A stretch of DNA of 64,000 bases from an uncultured Rikenella sp. (GTDB lineage Bacteria > Bacteroidota > Bacteroidia > Bacteroidales > Rikenellaceae), in contig CANQXP010000002.1 of assembly GCA_947627885.1 (NCBI GenBank), forward strand, positions 8,889-72,888. The letters are read 5' to 3'. A program made the translations under genes and the position numbers. Below the pieces are notes generated by a model. That model was not told the origin of the DNA, did no database searches, and worked only from the letters and a program-made list of their open reading frames with translations. The first letter of the stretch is position 1. Each line of letters begins with the position of its first letter. Positions 9,564 through 20,271 of this stretch are shown here, piece by piece.

Positions 9564-10343
9564 TTATCTGGCAACGGAGGTGATGATGTCCATGTCCATT
9601 TCGCGGATGCGGGCGGCTATCGCCTCCATCTCTTCATACGGGACTTTTTGGAGGTCGTCGGCGGGAGTGTTCCGGTCGATGGTGTAGAGCATCACTTCCG
9701 ACGGGTGTATCTGCCGGATGGCGTCCAGATAGGCTTCTACCTCTTCGGGCGTCGTGTTGTCGATCCGGTGTCCATCGTATTCTCCCCGCAGGAGCATGGT
9801 CTGCACGACGAGGCAGCCCTGGAATTGCTGCAACAGTTCGATGATCTGTTCCACGGTGCGGTCGTTCTGCGGCTGGTTGATGTGACGCATGGTGGCGTCG
9901 ATGGCGGAGTCGAATTTGAGGATGTTCCGGTCCACTCTCAACAAGGCTTTTCTTACGGCTTCGCGGTCGATCATGGTGGCGTTGCTCAGCACGGCGACTT
10001 TCGTGCCGGGTGCGTATCTGTTCCGCAGGTTGAGGGTGGCGTCGATGATGCGGTCGAAGTCGGGGTGCATGGTAGGCTCGCCGTTCCCGGCGAAAGTGAT
10101 GACGTCGGGCAATTTGCCGTCTTCCGCCATCTCTTTGAGTTTCGCTTCGAGGGCGGGAATGACTTTCTCGTAAGGGTTGAAGGCGCCTTTGCCGCGCGCG
10201 CCGTTCCACCCGCATTCGCAATATATGCAGTTGAAGTTGCAGAGTTTGGAGTCGGGGGCGAGCAAATTCACTCCCAAGGAGGTGCCGAGCCGCCGGCTAT
10301 GGATCGGACCGACTATTATGCTATCGAACAAAAATGTATCCAT
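9564..10343 (-). CDS. Radical SAM protein (COG0731-like)
   Basis: GPIHSRRLG and CNFNCIYC (CxxxCxxC), TFAGNGEPT. Confidence 0.85.
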   Translation of the reverse strand: MDTFLFDSIIVGPIHSRRLGTSLGVNLLAPDSKLCNFNCIYCECGWNGARGKGAFNPYEKVIPALEAKLKEMAEDGKLPDVITFAGNGEPTMHPDFDRIIDATLNLRNRYAPGTKVAVLSNATMIDREAVRKALLRVDRNILKFDSAIDATMRHINQPQNDRTVEQIIELLQQFQGCLVVQTMLLRGEYDGHRIDNTTPEEVEAYLDAIRQIHPSEVMLYTIDRNTPADDLQKVPYEEMEAIAARIREMDMDIITSVAR

Positions 10344-10373
10344 CTCTCTATTTTTTAATCCTTCGTTTAGTTA

Positions 10374-10663
10374 CTACCCGCAGAGAACTGCCGCTTTTTG
10401 TAAAAAGCGGCACCAAAAACTTTTGAGTCAGCTACGCTACTCCTTAGTCTGCCGAAGTCCTCTGTCTTTGAAATCCGCTTTTGGGTCGGGGCAATAAGGC
10501 AACTCAGGCGTTGCAAGGCTTTATAGGTGCCTTATTGCTCCCGGCCCAAAGAGAAAGTTTCAGGAATCGGGTATCCGGCAGGCCCAAGAGATGCGCAAGC
10601 ATCTCAAAAAGTTTTTCTGGTTCTCTTTGTTCACAAAGAGAACAGTACACTCCCGTAGGGTAG
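10374..10663. repeat. Modular hairpin repeat, MITE/REP-like, full copy
   Basis: GCCGCTTTTTGTAAAAAGCGGC left hairpin, CTTAGTCTGCCGAAGTCC, long central stem, GTTCTCTTTGTTCACAAAGAGAACAGTAC right hairpin; left part nearly identical to the reverse complement of 49940-50017. Confidence 0.85.
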
Positions 10664-10678
10664 TGAATAAACGAACGG

Positions 10679-11296
10679 TTATTTAAAAAACTTGCGTTGG
10701 AACAGGATCAGGTATACGATCCCGCACGTCACATACGAGTCCGCGATATTGAAGATCGGGCTGAAGAAAGTGAACGGTTCCCCGCCGAAGAACGGTATCC
10801 AGTCCGGCATCCGGTCGATCTCGACGATCGGGAAATAAAGCATGTCCACCACGCTTCCGTGCAGGAAAGAGGCATAGCCCGTTCCCCAGGGCACGAAGTG
10901 TGCCACATCCGTAAACGTGGAGTTCGAGAAGATCAGCCCGTAAAACGCCGAGTCGATAATGTTGCCCAGCGCGCCGACAAGGATCAGAACGAAACCCACG
11001 ATCACACCCGTCGGTGCCGCACGCTTGATCAGGCGGCAGATATACCAGCCGATAGCCACTACCGCCGCGATCCGGAACAAGCTGAGGATCAGTTTTCCGT
11101 ACTCTCCGCCCAGCTCCATCCCGTAAGCCGCGCCACGATTCTCGATAAAGCGGATGTAGAACCACTGCCCGAAGACAGGAATAGCCTCGTCCAGGGTCAT
11201 ATGGGTTTTGACGAACAGTTTGACTATCTGGTCTGCTGCCAGCAGCAGGACGATAAGCAGGATGACGAGCAGGGTCTTTTTTCTTTTCTGTTCCAT
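10679..11296 (-). CDS. lspA: Lipoprotein signal peptidase II
   Basis: DQIVK, ENRGAAYG, GALGNIID, VVDM, IFNIAD motifs. Confidence 0.92.
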   Translation of the reverse strand: MEQKRKKTLLVILLIVLLLAADQIVKLFVKTHMTLDEAIPVFGQWFYIRFIENRGAAYGMELGGEYGKLILSLFRIAAVVAIGWYICRLIKRAAPTGVIVGFVLILVGALGNIIDSAFYGLIFSNSTFTDVAHFVPWGTGYASFLHGSVVDMLYFPIVEIDRMPDWIPFFGGEPFTFFSPIFNIADSYVTCGIVYLILFQRKFFK

Positions 11297-11477
11297 ACGG
11301 TGCGGGATCCGTTCCCGTCTGTCAAATATAATGGATATGTTCCGTAGCAGAGATCCGGGAGTACCGGAAAGCCTCCGCAAAGGTATGAAAAAAGCCGATC
11401 ATCTTCCGTGCCGGATGTAACGGGCACGAAAGCGATCGGCACGAAAGCTGAATTATGGTCAGCAACCGCCGGTGAGA

Positions 11478-11753
11478 TTATTTGCCTACGGCTGCGCTGA
11501 GTTCCGCTCCTGCTTTGAATTTAACGACCTTCTTGGCAGCGATCTTAATAGCTGCGCCGGTACGCGGGTTGCGTCCCGTGCGGGCCGGTTTCTTGGTCAC
11601 GCTGAACGAACCGAAGCCCACCAAGGCGATCTTGTCGCCCGCTTTCAGCGTTTTGGCGGTCACATCAATGTAAGCTTCGAGGGCTTTTTTAGCCTGGGCT
11701 TTGGTCAATCCTGCTTCCGCAGCCATTGCATCGACGAGTTGAGATTTATTCAT
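11478..11753 (-). CDS. hup: HU DNA-binding protein
   Basis: MNKSQLVD, GFGSF, RTGRNPRTG, KFKAG. Confidence 0.95.
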   Translation of the reverse strand: MNKSQLVDAMAAEAGLTKAQAKKALEAYIDVTAKTLKAGDKIALVGFGSFSVTKKPARTGRNPRTGAAIKIAAKKVVKFKAGAELSAAVGK

Positions 11754-11907
11754 AATAGTAGTGTTTAGAGAGTTAGTGTTTCTCAATTGTTACGTTGCAA
11801 ATATAGTTTATAAAACGTAACTATCAAGTATTTAATGATCTTTTTTTAGTTTCATTGTCATTTTAGCAAAAAACAGGCCGGAGTTTTGCCCGGAATCAAA
11901 AAAAGGC

Positions 11908-11915
11908 TACTTTTG
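11908..11915 (+). promoter_or_regulatory. Bacteroidota -7 promoter box for tRNA-Ser
   Basis: TACTTTTG matches TAnnTTTG, 5 nt before the tRNA. Confidence 0.6.
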
Positions 11916-11920
11916 TGCCC

Positions 11921-12005
11921 GGAGAGGTGGCAGAGTGGTCGATTGCGGCGGTCTTGAAAACCGTTGAGCTGCGAGGCTCCGGGGGTTCGAATCCCTCCCT
12001 CTCCG
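11921..12005 (+). tRNA. tRNA-Ser(TGA)
   Basis: GGAGAGG/CCTCTCC acceptor stem, anticodon loop CTTGAAA, long variable arm, GGTTCGAATCC T-arm. Confidence 0.95.
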
Positions 12006-12039
12006 CACTCGTTGTAGAATATCAGCGATCTAATAGGGT

Positions 12040-12078
12040 AAAACCGGTGCTGCATTTTCCAATGCAGCACCGGTTTTT
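12040..12078 (+). terminator. Intrinsic terminator after tRNA-Ser
   Basis: AAAACCGGTGCTGCATT/AATGCAGCACCGGTTTTT. Confidence 0.8.
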
Positions 12079-12229
12079 CATTAATATATTGATCTTCACG
12101 GAATTCACATCCGGGATATACCATCCGGCTTCCGAAGGGAACGGATGCCGAGCCGCACTGCTTCCGCATTTTTTGCAGGCGGCCTTCTTTTATTTATGTA
12201 TTTTTGGTTTTATCTAATATCGAGCCGCT

Positions 12230-13177
12230 ATGAATCCATTATCCCCGAACGGCGAATGTTTCCCGCAGGCCGTGACCGCCGGTCCCGGCGAACATGCCGT
12301 GTTCATCGTTTACCGCCTCAAAAAGACGCCCGCGACCCTCGATGCCGTCAAAGACGTGTGCGCCAACTTTGCGGCGCTTGTCCGCAGCATGCAGAACCGG
12401 TTCCCCGACCAGGAATTCAGCGCCGTGACGGGCTTCGGGGCCGAGGCGTGGTCTGCGCTGTTCCCGGAGCGGCCGAAGCCTGCCGAACTGGTGCCCTTCC
12501 GGGAGATCAAAGGAGCCGCGCATACGGCTGTTGCCACGCCGGGCGACCTCTTTTTCCATATCCGCACCCGGAAAATGGGGCTGTGCATGGAGCTGGCCGG
12601 CATACTGGCCGACAAGCTCAAGGGTGTGGTCGAGCCGGTGGACGAGACCCACGGTTTCCGATTCCATGACGGCCGCGACATTATCGGCTTTGTGGACGGC
12701 ACCGAGAATCCCGCCGTGGACGACCACGTGTACCGTTTTGCCGTGATCGGCGACGCCGAGCCAGAATTCCGGGGCGGCAGCTACGCCTTTGCCCAGAAAT
12801 ACCTGCACGACATGGAGGCGTGGAACGCGCTGAGCGTCGAGGAACAGGAGAAGGTGATCGGGCGCCGCAAGTTCAACGACGTAGAGCTTTCGGACGAGGA
12901 AAAGCCCGCCAATGCCCACAATGCGGTGGCCAACCTCGGCGACGAGCTGAAGATCATGCGGGCCAACATGCCCTTCGCCAACACGGTCAAAGGGGAGTAC
13001 GGCACCTACTTCATCGGGTATGCCTCCACCTTCTCGACGACCCGGACCATGCTCGAACATATGTTCGTCGGCGAACCGGCGGGGAACACCGACCGGCTGC
13101 TGGATTTCAGCACGCCGGTGACCGGAACGCTCTTTTTTGTCCCGTCCTTCGCCCTGCTCGGCGAACTGGGGGAATAG
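12230..13177 (+). CDS. Dyp-type peroxidase
   Basis: GFVDGTENP (GxxDG), QEKVIGR, NAH, TGTLFFVPS. Confidence 0.92.
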   Translation: MNPLSPNGECFPQAVTAGPGEHAVFIVYRLKKTPATLDAVKDVCANFAALVRSMQNRFPDQEFSAVTGFGAEAWSALFPERPKPAELVPFREIKGAAHTAVATPGDLFFHIRTRKMGLCMELAGILADKLKGVVEPVDETHGFRFHDGRDIIGFVDGTENPAVDDHVYRFAVIGDAEPEFRGGSYAFAQKYLHDMEAWNALSVEEQEKVIGRRKFNDVELSDEEKPANAHNAVANLGDELKIMRANMPFANTVKGEYGTYFIGYASTFSTTRTMLEHMFVGEPAGNTDRLLDFSTPVTGTLFFVPSFALLGELGE

Positions 13178-13260
13178 CACTAAGCACACCTTACCATATT
13201 GCGGGGCGGAAAGGATTCCGCCACCCTTTTTTTTTAGCTTTTTTCAAAAAATCGCTTGCT

Positions 13261-13302
13261 TGTTACCAAATGGTAACATATATTTGTAACCGAATAGTAA
13301 CA
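13261..13302 (+). promoter_or_regulatory. Two palindromic TetR-type operators flanking a -7 box
   Basis: TGTTACCAAATGGTAACA (13261-13278) and TGTAACCGAATAGTAACA (13285-13302) around TATATTTG (13279-13286). Confidence 0.75.
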
Positions 13303-13315
13303 TTAGTGTACGCTT

Positions 13316-13942
13316 ATGGAAGAACAGAAGATCAGAACGGAAAAAGACCGTGAGGCGACCGAAAACGCGCTTTTGCAGGCTATCGGCGAGCTGGTGGCCG
13401 AGAATGGGTTCGAAAAGCTGGGCGTCAATGCGGTGGCGGCCCGTGCCGGAGTTTCCAAAATGTTGATTTACCGCTATTTCGATTCGCTCGACGGCCTGAT
13501 CGCCGCCTATATCCGTAAAAGGGACTTCTGGATCAACTACCGTCCCGATTTGCCGAAGAAAAAGCATCTGGCCGATTTCCTGAAACAGATGTTCCGGGAA
13601 CAGATCGGACGGCTTCGGAGCGATACGACCCTCCGAAGGCTTTACCGCTGGGAGCTGAGCGGAAACAACGCCCTGATCGCCGAGCTTCGCGGGCAACGCG
13701 AAGCGACGGGACTCTGGCTGGTGGAAGCCGTCAGCGAACTGACGGGAAGGCCGCGCGGCGAAGTGGCAGTATTGGCGACGATGATCTCCGCTTCGGTCAG
13801 CTACCTGGCGTTGCTGGAGGAGAATTGCCCCGCCTACAACGGCATCCCGTTGCAGCAAAATGCAGGGTGGGAACAGGTCGCGAACGGGATCGACGGAGTG
13901 ATCGACCTCTGGATCGGAAACCTTAAAAACAAAACGAAATGA
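13316..13942 (+). CDS. TetR/AcrR family regulator
   Basis: HTH motif GVNAVAARAGVSKMLIYRYF. Confidence 0.92.
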   Translation: MEEQKIRTEKDREATENALLQAIGELVAENGFEKLGVNAVAARAGVSKMLIYRYFDSLDGLIAAYIRKRDFWINYRPDLPKKKHLADFLKQMFREQIGRLRSDTTLRRLYRWELSGNNALIAELRGQREATGLWLVEAVSELTGRPRGEVAVLATMISASVSYLALLEENCPAYNGIPLQQNAGWEQVANGIDGVIDLWIGNLKNKTK

Positions 13943-14667
13943 GGACTATGGCTTTACTGGCACTGGGGGGACTGCTGACTTTGGGGTTGTGCGGCTCCTG
14001 CCGAAAAGAGACGTTGGAATACGGCAGCGGCGACCTGCGTGTGACTATCGTGCAGGGGCGGAACTGGCTGCACGATTTTCCGCTTTTCATGGGTATCAAG
14101 CGTAAAAACGCGCCCCAGATCGCCATCTGGACCGAGGACTTGTCCGGAAATTACCTTTCGACCGTCTACGTGACCGACAAGATCGCCACTCAATCCTGGC
14201 TCGCTTCCGGCGGCAACCGGCGCAAAGAGGCGTTGCCCTGCTGGTGTCACGCCCGCGGGGTTCGGTACGAGGACGGCCTCTACCTGCCGACGAAGAAAAG
14301 ACCGCTGACGGACGGCATCTCAGGCGCGACGCCCCGGGGAAGTTTCGACGTGAAGCTTACTCCCAAAGGTGCGCCCCGGCAGTTCGTCCTGAAAATCGAG
14401 GTGAACCATTCGACCGACTTCAACGCCCATTATCCGAAAGACGCGCAGGAGGGTACGCCCGGCTGGTCGGGCGGCGGAAAGGGAAGCGGTCAGCCCGCGC
14501 TGGTCTATGCGGCCCGGATCGACCTGGATTCCGGCCAGTCCGAATACGTGGCCGAATTGGTCGGGCACAGCAGCCCCGACGGCACGGACGGGGCGGTCGA
14601 TCCCGACGTTTCGACCCTCACCACCGCGCTGAAGATCGTCGAACGGATCGTTGTTACGGTACGGTAA
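13939..14667 (+). CDS. DUF2271-like lipoprotein with a flavinylation-type motif
   Basis: Lipobox-like CGSC, PQIAIWTED...YLSTVYVT, DGISGAT. Confidence 0.65.
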   Translation: MRTMALLALGGLLTLGLCGSCRKETLEYGSGDLRVTIVQGRNWLHDFPLFMGIKRKNAPQIAIWTEDLSGNYLSTVYVTDKIATQSWLASGGNRRKEALPCWCHARGVRYEDGLYLPTKKRPLTDGISGATPRGSFDVKLTPKGAPRQFVLKIEVNHSTDFNAHYPKDAQEGTPGWSGGGKGSGQPALVYAARIDLDSGQSEYVAELVGHSSPDGTDGAVDPDVSTLTTALKIVERIVVTVR

Positions 14668-15197
14668 TGAAGCGGATATTCATAGGCGTTCTCTGCGCCT
14701 TTTCGAGCCTGCCTGCCGTTGCCCAAGAGCGGGAACGGCGTTTCACCTATTCCGCGGAGGCCGGGATCGGTATGCCTTTCGGTACGCCGAAAGCAACGCC
14801 GGTACTGCTGCGTGCGGCGACGTACTACCATCCGGGAGACCGCTGGGAACTGGGCGCCGGCAGCGGCGTCTCGTTTTACGATAAAACTGCGTTGATCCCC
14901 CTGTTCGGCGAGGTGCGCTTCGGGCTGACCCGGCCGCAGCGCCTGACCCCATATCTGGCCTGCGCGGCAGGCTACTCGTTCGCCCCTGCCACGGGGATCG
15001 ACGGAGGTTTGCTGATATGCCCTGCCGCCGGAGTGAAGTGGAGGTTGCGTCCCCGGCTCCGGGTGCACTTGGCGGTCGGGTACGAAGGGCAAAAACTGGC
15101 GCGGCTGAAAAGTTACGCCGACCCCTATTTCAGTACCGGGTTCCGCGAGAAGCTCAGTCACCATTCGCTGGCCATTCGAACGGGCATTACATTTTAA
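14667..15197 (+). CDS. Small outer-membrane beta-barrel protein
   Basis: ATG overlaps the upstream stop; signal peptide; amphipathic strands; ends RTGITF. Confidence 0.7.
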   Translation: MKRIFIGVLCAFSSLPAVAQERERRFTYSAEAGIGMPFGTPKATPVLLRAATYYHPGDRWELGAGSGVSFYDKTALIPLFGEVRFGLTRPQRLTPYLACAAGYSFAPATGIDGGLLICPAAGVKWRLRPRLRVHLAVGYEGQKLARLKSYADPYFSTGFREKLSHHSLAIRTGITF

Positions 15198-15205
15198 TCT
15201 TTGTT

Positions 15206-15865
15206 TTACGGAGCGAGCCGTTCGATCCTCCACGAGCCGTCTGCCTGCAAGGTATAAAGTATCCGGTCGTGCAGGCGGTTCTCGCGTCCCTGCCAGAATT
15301 CGATCCGCAAGGGGGTCACCTCGATGCCGCCCCAATGGGCGGGACGTTCGACCGGTTTTCCGGTGGCCTCCACTTCGTCGCGCATCTCTTCGTAGGCCCG
15401 GAGCAACTCCGAGCGGCCCGTGATCGTCCGGCTCTGGGGCGACACGGTCGATCCGATGCGGCTGCCGAGGGGCCGGGAACGGAAATAGGCGTCCGACTCC
15501 TCCGCCGGGAGGCGTTCCGCCGTCCCTTCGATATGGATCTGCCGTTCGAGCGGGTACCACATGAACGACAGGGCGATATGCGGATTGTCGGCCAGCTGGC
15601 GGCCTTTGCGGCTCTCGTAGTTGGTGAAAAAGACGAACTTGCCTTCGCGCAGCTCTTTGAGCAGCACCGTCCGCAGCGACGGCCGGCAATCGGCGGAGAC
15701 GGTGCCGACGACCATGGCGGTCGGCTCGGCGATCTGCTCCGTGCCCACCGCCTCGGTGAGCCATTTCCCGAACAGGGCCAGCGGGTCGGGCGGTATGTCG
15801 CACCGGCTCAGCCCGCCGCGCGTGTATTCTTTACGTATGCCGGAGATGTCCATGGCGTTTTCCAT
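15206..15865 (-). CDS. pdxH: Pyridoxamine 5'-phosphate oxidase
   Basis: RTVLLK, FFTNYESRKG, EFWQGRENRLHDR, RLAP. Confidence 0.95.
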   Translation of the reverse strand: MENAMDISGIRKEYTRGGLSRCDIPPDPLALFGKWLTEAVGTEQIAEPTAMVVGTVSADCRPSLRTVLLKELREGKFVFFTNYESRKGRQLADNPHIALSFMWYPLERQIHIEGTAERLPAEESDAYFRSRPLGSRIGSTVSPQSRTITGRSELLRAYEEMRDEVEATGKPVERPAHWGGIEVTPLRIEFWQGRENRLHDRILYTLQADGSWRIERLAP

Positions 15866-16001
15866 TTACCGGGTTCCGGTTGCAAAAACGGTGCAATTTG
15901 TCCGCAGCCGCTGTTTTTTCGCACTTTGCGGCCCGCCGGGAACTTTTCGGCACACGGATTGCCACGCCCCAATCAGTATATCATCCAAAAATCTATTCAA
16001 A

Positions 16002-17705
16002 ATGTTTACCGGAACCGATTTAGTTAAATTTTTCCAGGACAATGCCGCGCTGGCCGTTTTCCTGACCGTGGCGGTCGGCTTTTGGATCGGCAAGTTCCAC
16101 TACAAGAGCTTTTCGCTCGGTACGGTCACCAGCGTGCTGCTGGTGGGCGTAGTGGTCGGGCAGATGAAAATCGACATCCCCGAACCGGCCAAGACCCTCT
16201 TTTTCCTGATGTTCCTTTTCGCCGTCGGGTATGCGGTGGGGCCGCAGTTTTTCCGGGGTCTGCGCAAGGACGGACTGCCGCAGGTGGGGTTTGCGGTGGT
16301 GGTCTGCCTTTTGTGTCTGGCTTCGGTGTGGGTATGCTCGCTGGTGATGGGGTACGATACGGCACAGGCGGCAGGGCTGCTGGCGGGGTCGCAGACGATG
16401 TCCGCCGCGCTGGGGGCGGCGACGGACACGATCCGGGAGATGCCGAACCTGTCGAATCTGGATCTGAGCACGATGCCGGTGGTCTATGCGGTGACTTACA
16501 TTTACGGTACCGCGGGATCGGCCTGGCTGCTGGGAACGCTGGGACCGCGCCTGCTGGGGGGCGTCAATAAAGTGAAGGCGGCGGCCCGCGAGCTGGAGAG
16601 CCAGATGGGTGATGACATGAGTGCGCAGCCGGGTTTCAATACGGCGGTACGGGCTATCGTTTTCCGGGCTTTCAGCGCCGATAACGAGTGGTTCACGCCG
16701 GGCCATACGGTGCGGGAGTTCGAGGAGAATATGCGGAAACAGGGCAAGCGGATCTTCGTGGAGCGGCTGCGCCAGCAGGGTAAGATCCGCGAGGTGACGC
16801 CCAAGACGATGATCTACCGTGGCGACGAGATCGTCATCAGCGGACGCCGCGAGTTCGTGATCGAGGAGGAGGTGTGGATCGGGCGGGAGATCGTGGACGA
16901 CGACTTGGTGAATTTCAATGTCGAGAAGCTGGCGGTGGTGGTCGGCAAGAAGGAGGCTTCGGGGATGTGCATCCGGGATCTGCTGAAGTCGGATTTCATG
17001 CACGGGGTGATGATCCGGAGCATCACGCGCACGGGGGTGAAGATCCCGGTGCTGGGCGGGGGCAGGCTCGACACGGGCGACCGCCTGGAGCTGATCGGCC
17101 TGAAGCAGGATGTGGATCGGGCGGCGGCGCGACTGGGATTCAGCGATCCGGCGACGGAGAAGAGCAGCATGACGCTGGTGGGGTTGGGTATCGTGCTGGG
17201 AGGGTTGATCTTCGGCTGGATACTGGTGACCCGGATCGGGAGCATCCCGTTGAGCCTGACGGTGAGCGGGGGCGTGCTGATCGCAGGGCTGGTCTGCGGC
17301 TGGCTGCGGGCGAAGCGACCGAATCTGGGCGGCATCCCGGAACCGGCGGTCTGGTTTATGAATAATGTCGGGCTGAATGTCTTTATCGCGATCGTGGGCA
17401 TCTCGACGGGGCCGACGTTTATCCGGGGTTTCCAGGAGGTGGGTTGGAGCCTGTTTATCGTGGGGGCGGTGGCGACGTCGATCCCGCTGATTTCGGGTAT
17501 CTTCATCGGGAAGTATATCTTCAAGTTCAACGACGCCCTGACGCTGGGCTGCTGCTCTGGCTCGCGGACGACGACGGCGGCGCTGGGCGCGGTGGAGGAG
17601 ACGCTGGAGAGCACGGTGCCTGCGATGGGCTATACGATCACGTATGCCATAGGCAATACGTTGCTGATTATCTGGGGCGTGGTGATCGTCCTGCTCGTCA
17701 GCTGA
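16002..17705 (+). CDS. aspT: Aspartate:alanine antiporter (AspT/YidE family)
   Basis: Duplicated TM domains with a central TrkA-C-like region; GPQFFRGL, GSQTMSA, MGYTITYAIGN. Confidence 0.8.
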   Translation: MFTGTDLVKFFQDNAALAVFLTVAVGFWIGKFHYKSFSLGTVTSVLLVGVVVGQMKIDIPEPAKTLFFLMFLFAVGYAVGPQFFRGLRKDGLPQVGFAVVVCLLCLASVWVCSLVMGYDTAQAAGLLAGSQTMSAALGAATDTIREMPNLSNLDLSTMPVVYAVTYIYGTAGSAWLLGTLGPRLLGGVNKVKAAARELESQMGDDMSAQPGFNTAVRAIVFRAFSADNEWFTPGHTVREFEENMRKQGKRIFVERLRQQGKIREVTPKTMIYRGDEIVISGRREFVIEEEVWIGREIVDDDLVNFNVEKLAVVVGKKEASGMCIRDLLKSDFMHGVMIRSITRTGVKIPVLGGGRLDTGDRLELIGLKQDVDRAAARLGFSDPATEKSSMTLVGLGIVLGGLIFGWILVTRIGSIPLSLTVSGGVLIAGLVCGWLRAKRPNLGGIPEPAVWFMNNVGLNVFIAIVGISTGPTFIRGFQEVGWSLFIVGAVATSIPLISGIFIGKYIFKFNDALTLGCCSGSRTTTAALGAVEETLESTVPAMGYTITYAIGNTLLIIWGVVIVLLVS

Positions 17706-17738
17706 TTATCCGATCGCTTTTCCGAATCCCCTTTCATT

Positions 17739-17983
17739 GGGTTGGAGGCAACCGTACCTTTTCTGAAGAAAAGGTACCCAAAAGACTTTTCGAGCAGCCT
17801 GCCGAGAGGCTTAGTCTGCCGAAATCCTCAATTTGTAATCAAGGGTAAGGGGTACAGGCGTTAAGCCTTGTCCCCCTTACCCTTGATTACAATCAGGCAG
17901 TTACAGCCAGAGCATCCCAACGGGATGCGCTCGAAAGTTTCTTTGGTTCTTTCTGTTCACAGAAAGAACAGTACCCTCAAACC
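17739..17983. repeat. Modular hairpin repeat, full copy
   Basis: GGTTGGAGG left end, CTTAGTCTGCCGAAATCC, TTGTAATCAAGGGTAAGGGG/CCCCTTACCCTTGATTACAA stem, AGAACAGTACCCTCAAACC right end. Confidence 0.85.
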
Positions 17984-18013
17984 GAAAGAATGAGGATACA
18001 GAAAAAGGATGGA

Positions 18014-19642
<1,629 letters not shown>

Positions 19643-19689
19643 TCAGTAGTTATTCGATCGGTTATTCGAAAGTTATCAGAATGCCACGT

Positions 19690-19750
19690 AGCGGGCGGGC
19701 CGCAACCTCCCCCCGCGGAGGCCCGCTCAACGCGTGCTCCGCAGGCTGCG
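19690..19750. repeat. Partial repeat module
   Basis: GGGCCGCAACCTCCCCCGCGGAGGCCCGC resembles 26505-26533 and 51285-51316. Confidence 0.5.
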
Positions 19751-19876
19751 GAGAAAACAGATCGATATTTTGTAAGGTGCAAAGATACCCAAATATTCGG
19801 AGTAGCCGGGCTGTCGCGTTCCCGTTTCGGTAAAAACCGTTTCCCGGCGAATGGGAAACAGCTGTAAGGGAGCGTA

Positions 19877-20098
19877 TTATTTCCGGGCTTTCCACCACGC
19901 GCCGCGCTCCTCGAACGTGGCTGCCAGCCGCTCGATCGAACGGTCGTGGGTCAGCTCCACGTCTTTCGGGAAGAAGCAAGCGGGCAGCTGCCCTTTGGCC
20001 CGGTGATGGGCTACGCACTGGCAGCAGATCCCGTGGCGCGCGCATCCCGTCGCGCTGCACGGGCAGTTTTTGTTAGCGGGTCCCTGTCGGCATTCCAT
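19877..20098 (-). CDS. Small Cys-rich protein (DUF6485-like)
   Basis: CPC...C.RHGICCQCVAHH...LPACFF pattern. Confidence 0.75.
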   Translation of the reverse strand: MECRQGPANKNCPCSATGCARHGICCQCVAHHRAKGQLPACFFPKDVELTHDRSIERLAATFEERGAWWKARK

Positions 20099-20271
20099 AG
20101 CGTTTCGTTTTATAGGGTGGGTTCAGGAGCAAAGATAGTGCAAGCCGAGCGCAATCGAACCGGTGCGGATTGCCGAGGCGCAGCCTATCTCAGCCTGCGT
20201 TCATCGCTGGTAAAGATAGGGTATGGCACCGTTTTTGTGTCGTTAATTTTGCCAATCCATACCCCCCGGAA

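Noticed and set aside
10177-10497. ORFs sharing TAAFCKKRHQKLLSQLR (also 49706-50020) that look like a small protein family
   Set aside because: They are translations of the non-coding repeat; frames and ends are not conserved between copies
12230-13177. Dyp as encapsulin cargo
   Set aside because: No encapsulin gene nearby and no C-terminal targeting extension
11921-15197. Possible island integrated at tRNA-Ser
   Set aside because: No integrase and no duplicated tRNA 3' end seen; composition looks like the rest of the window
20128-20192. GCAAAGATAGTGCAAGCCGAG...GCCGAGGCGCAGCCTATCT, recalled as a Bacteroidales-type repeat
   Set aside because: Only one clear copy in the window and it overlaps a promoter box; cannot be supported from this sequence alone
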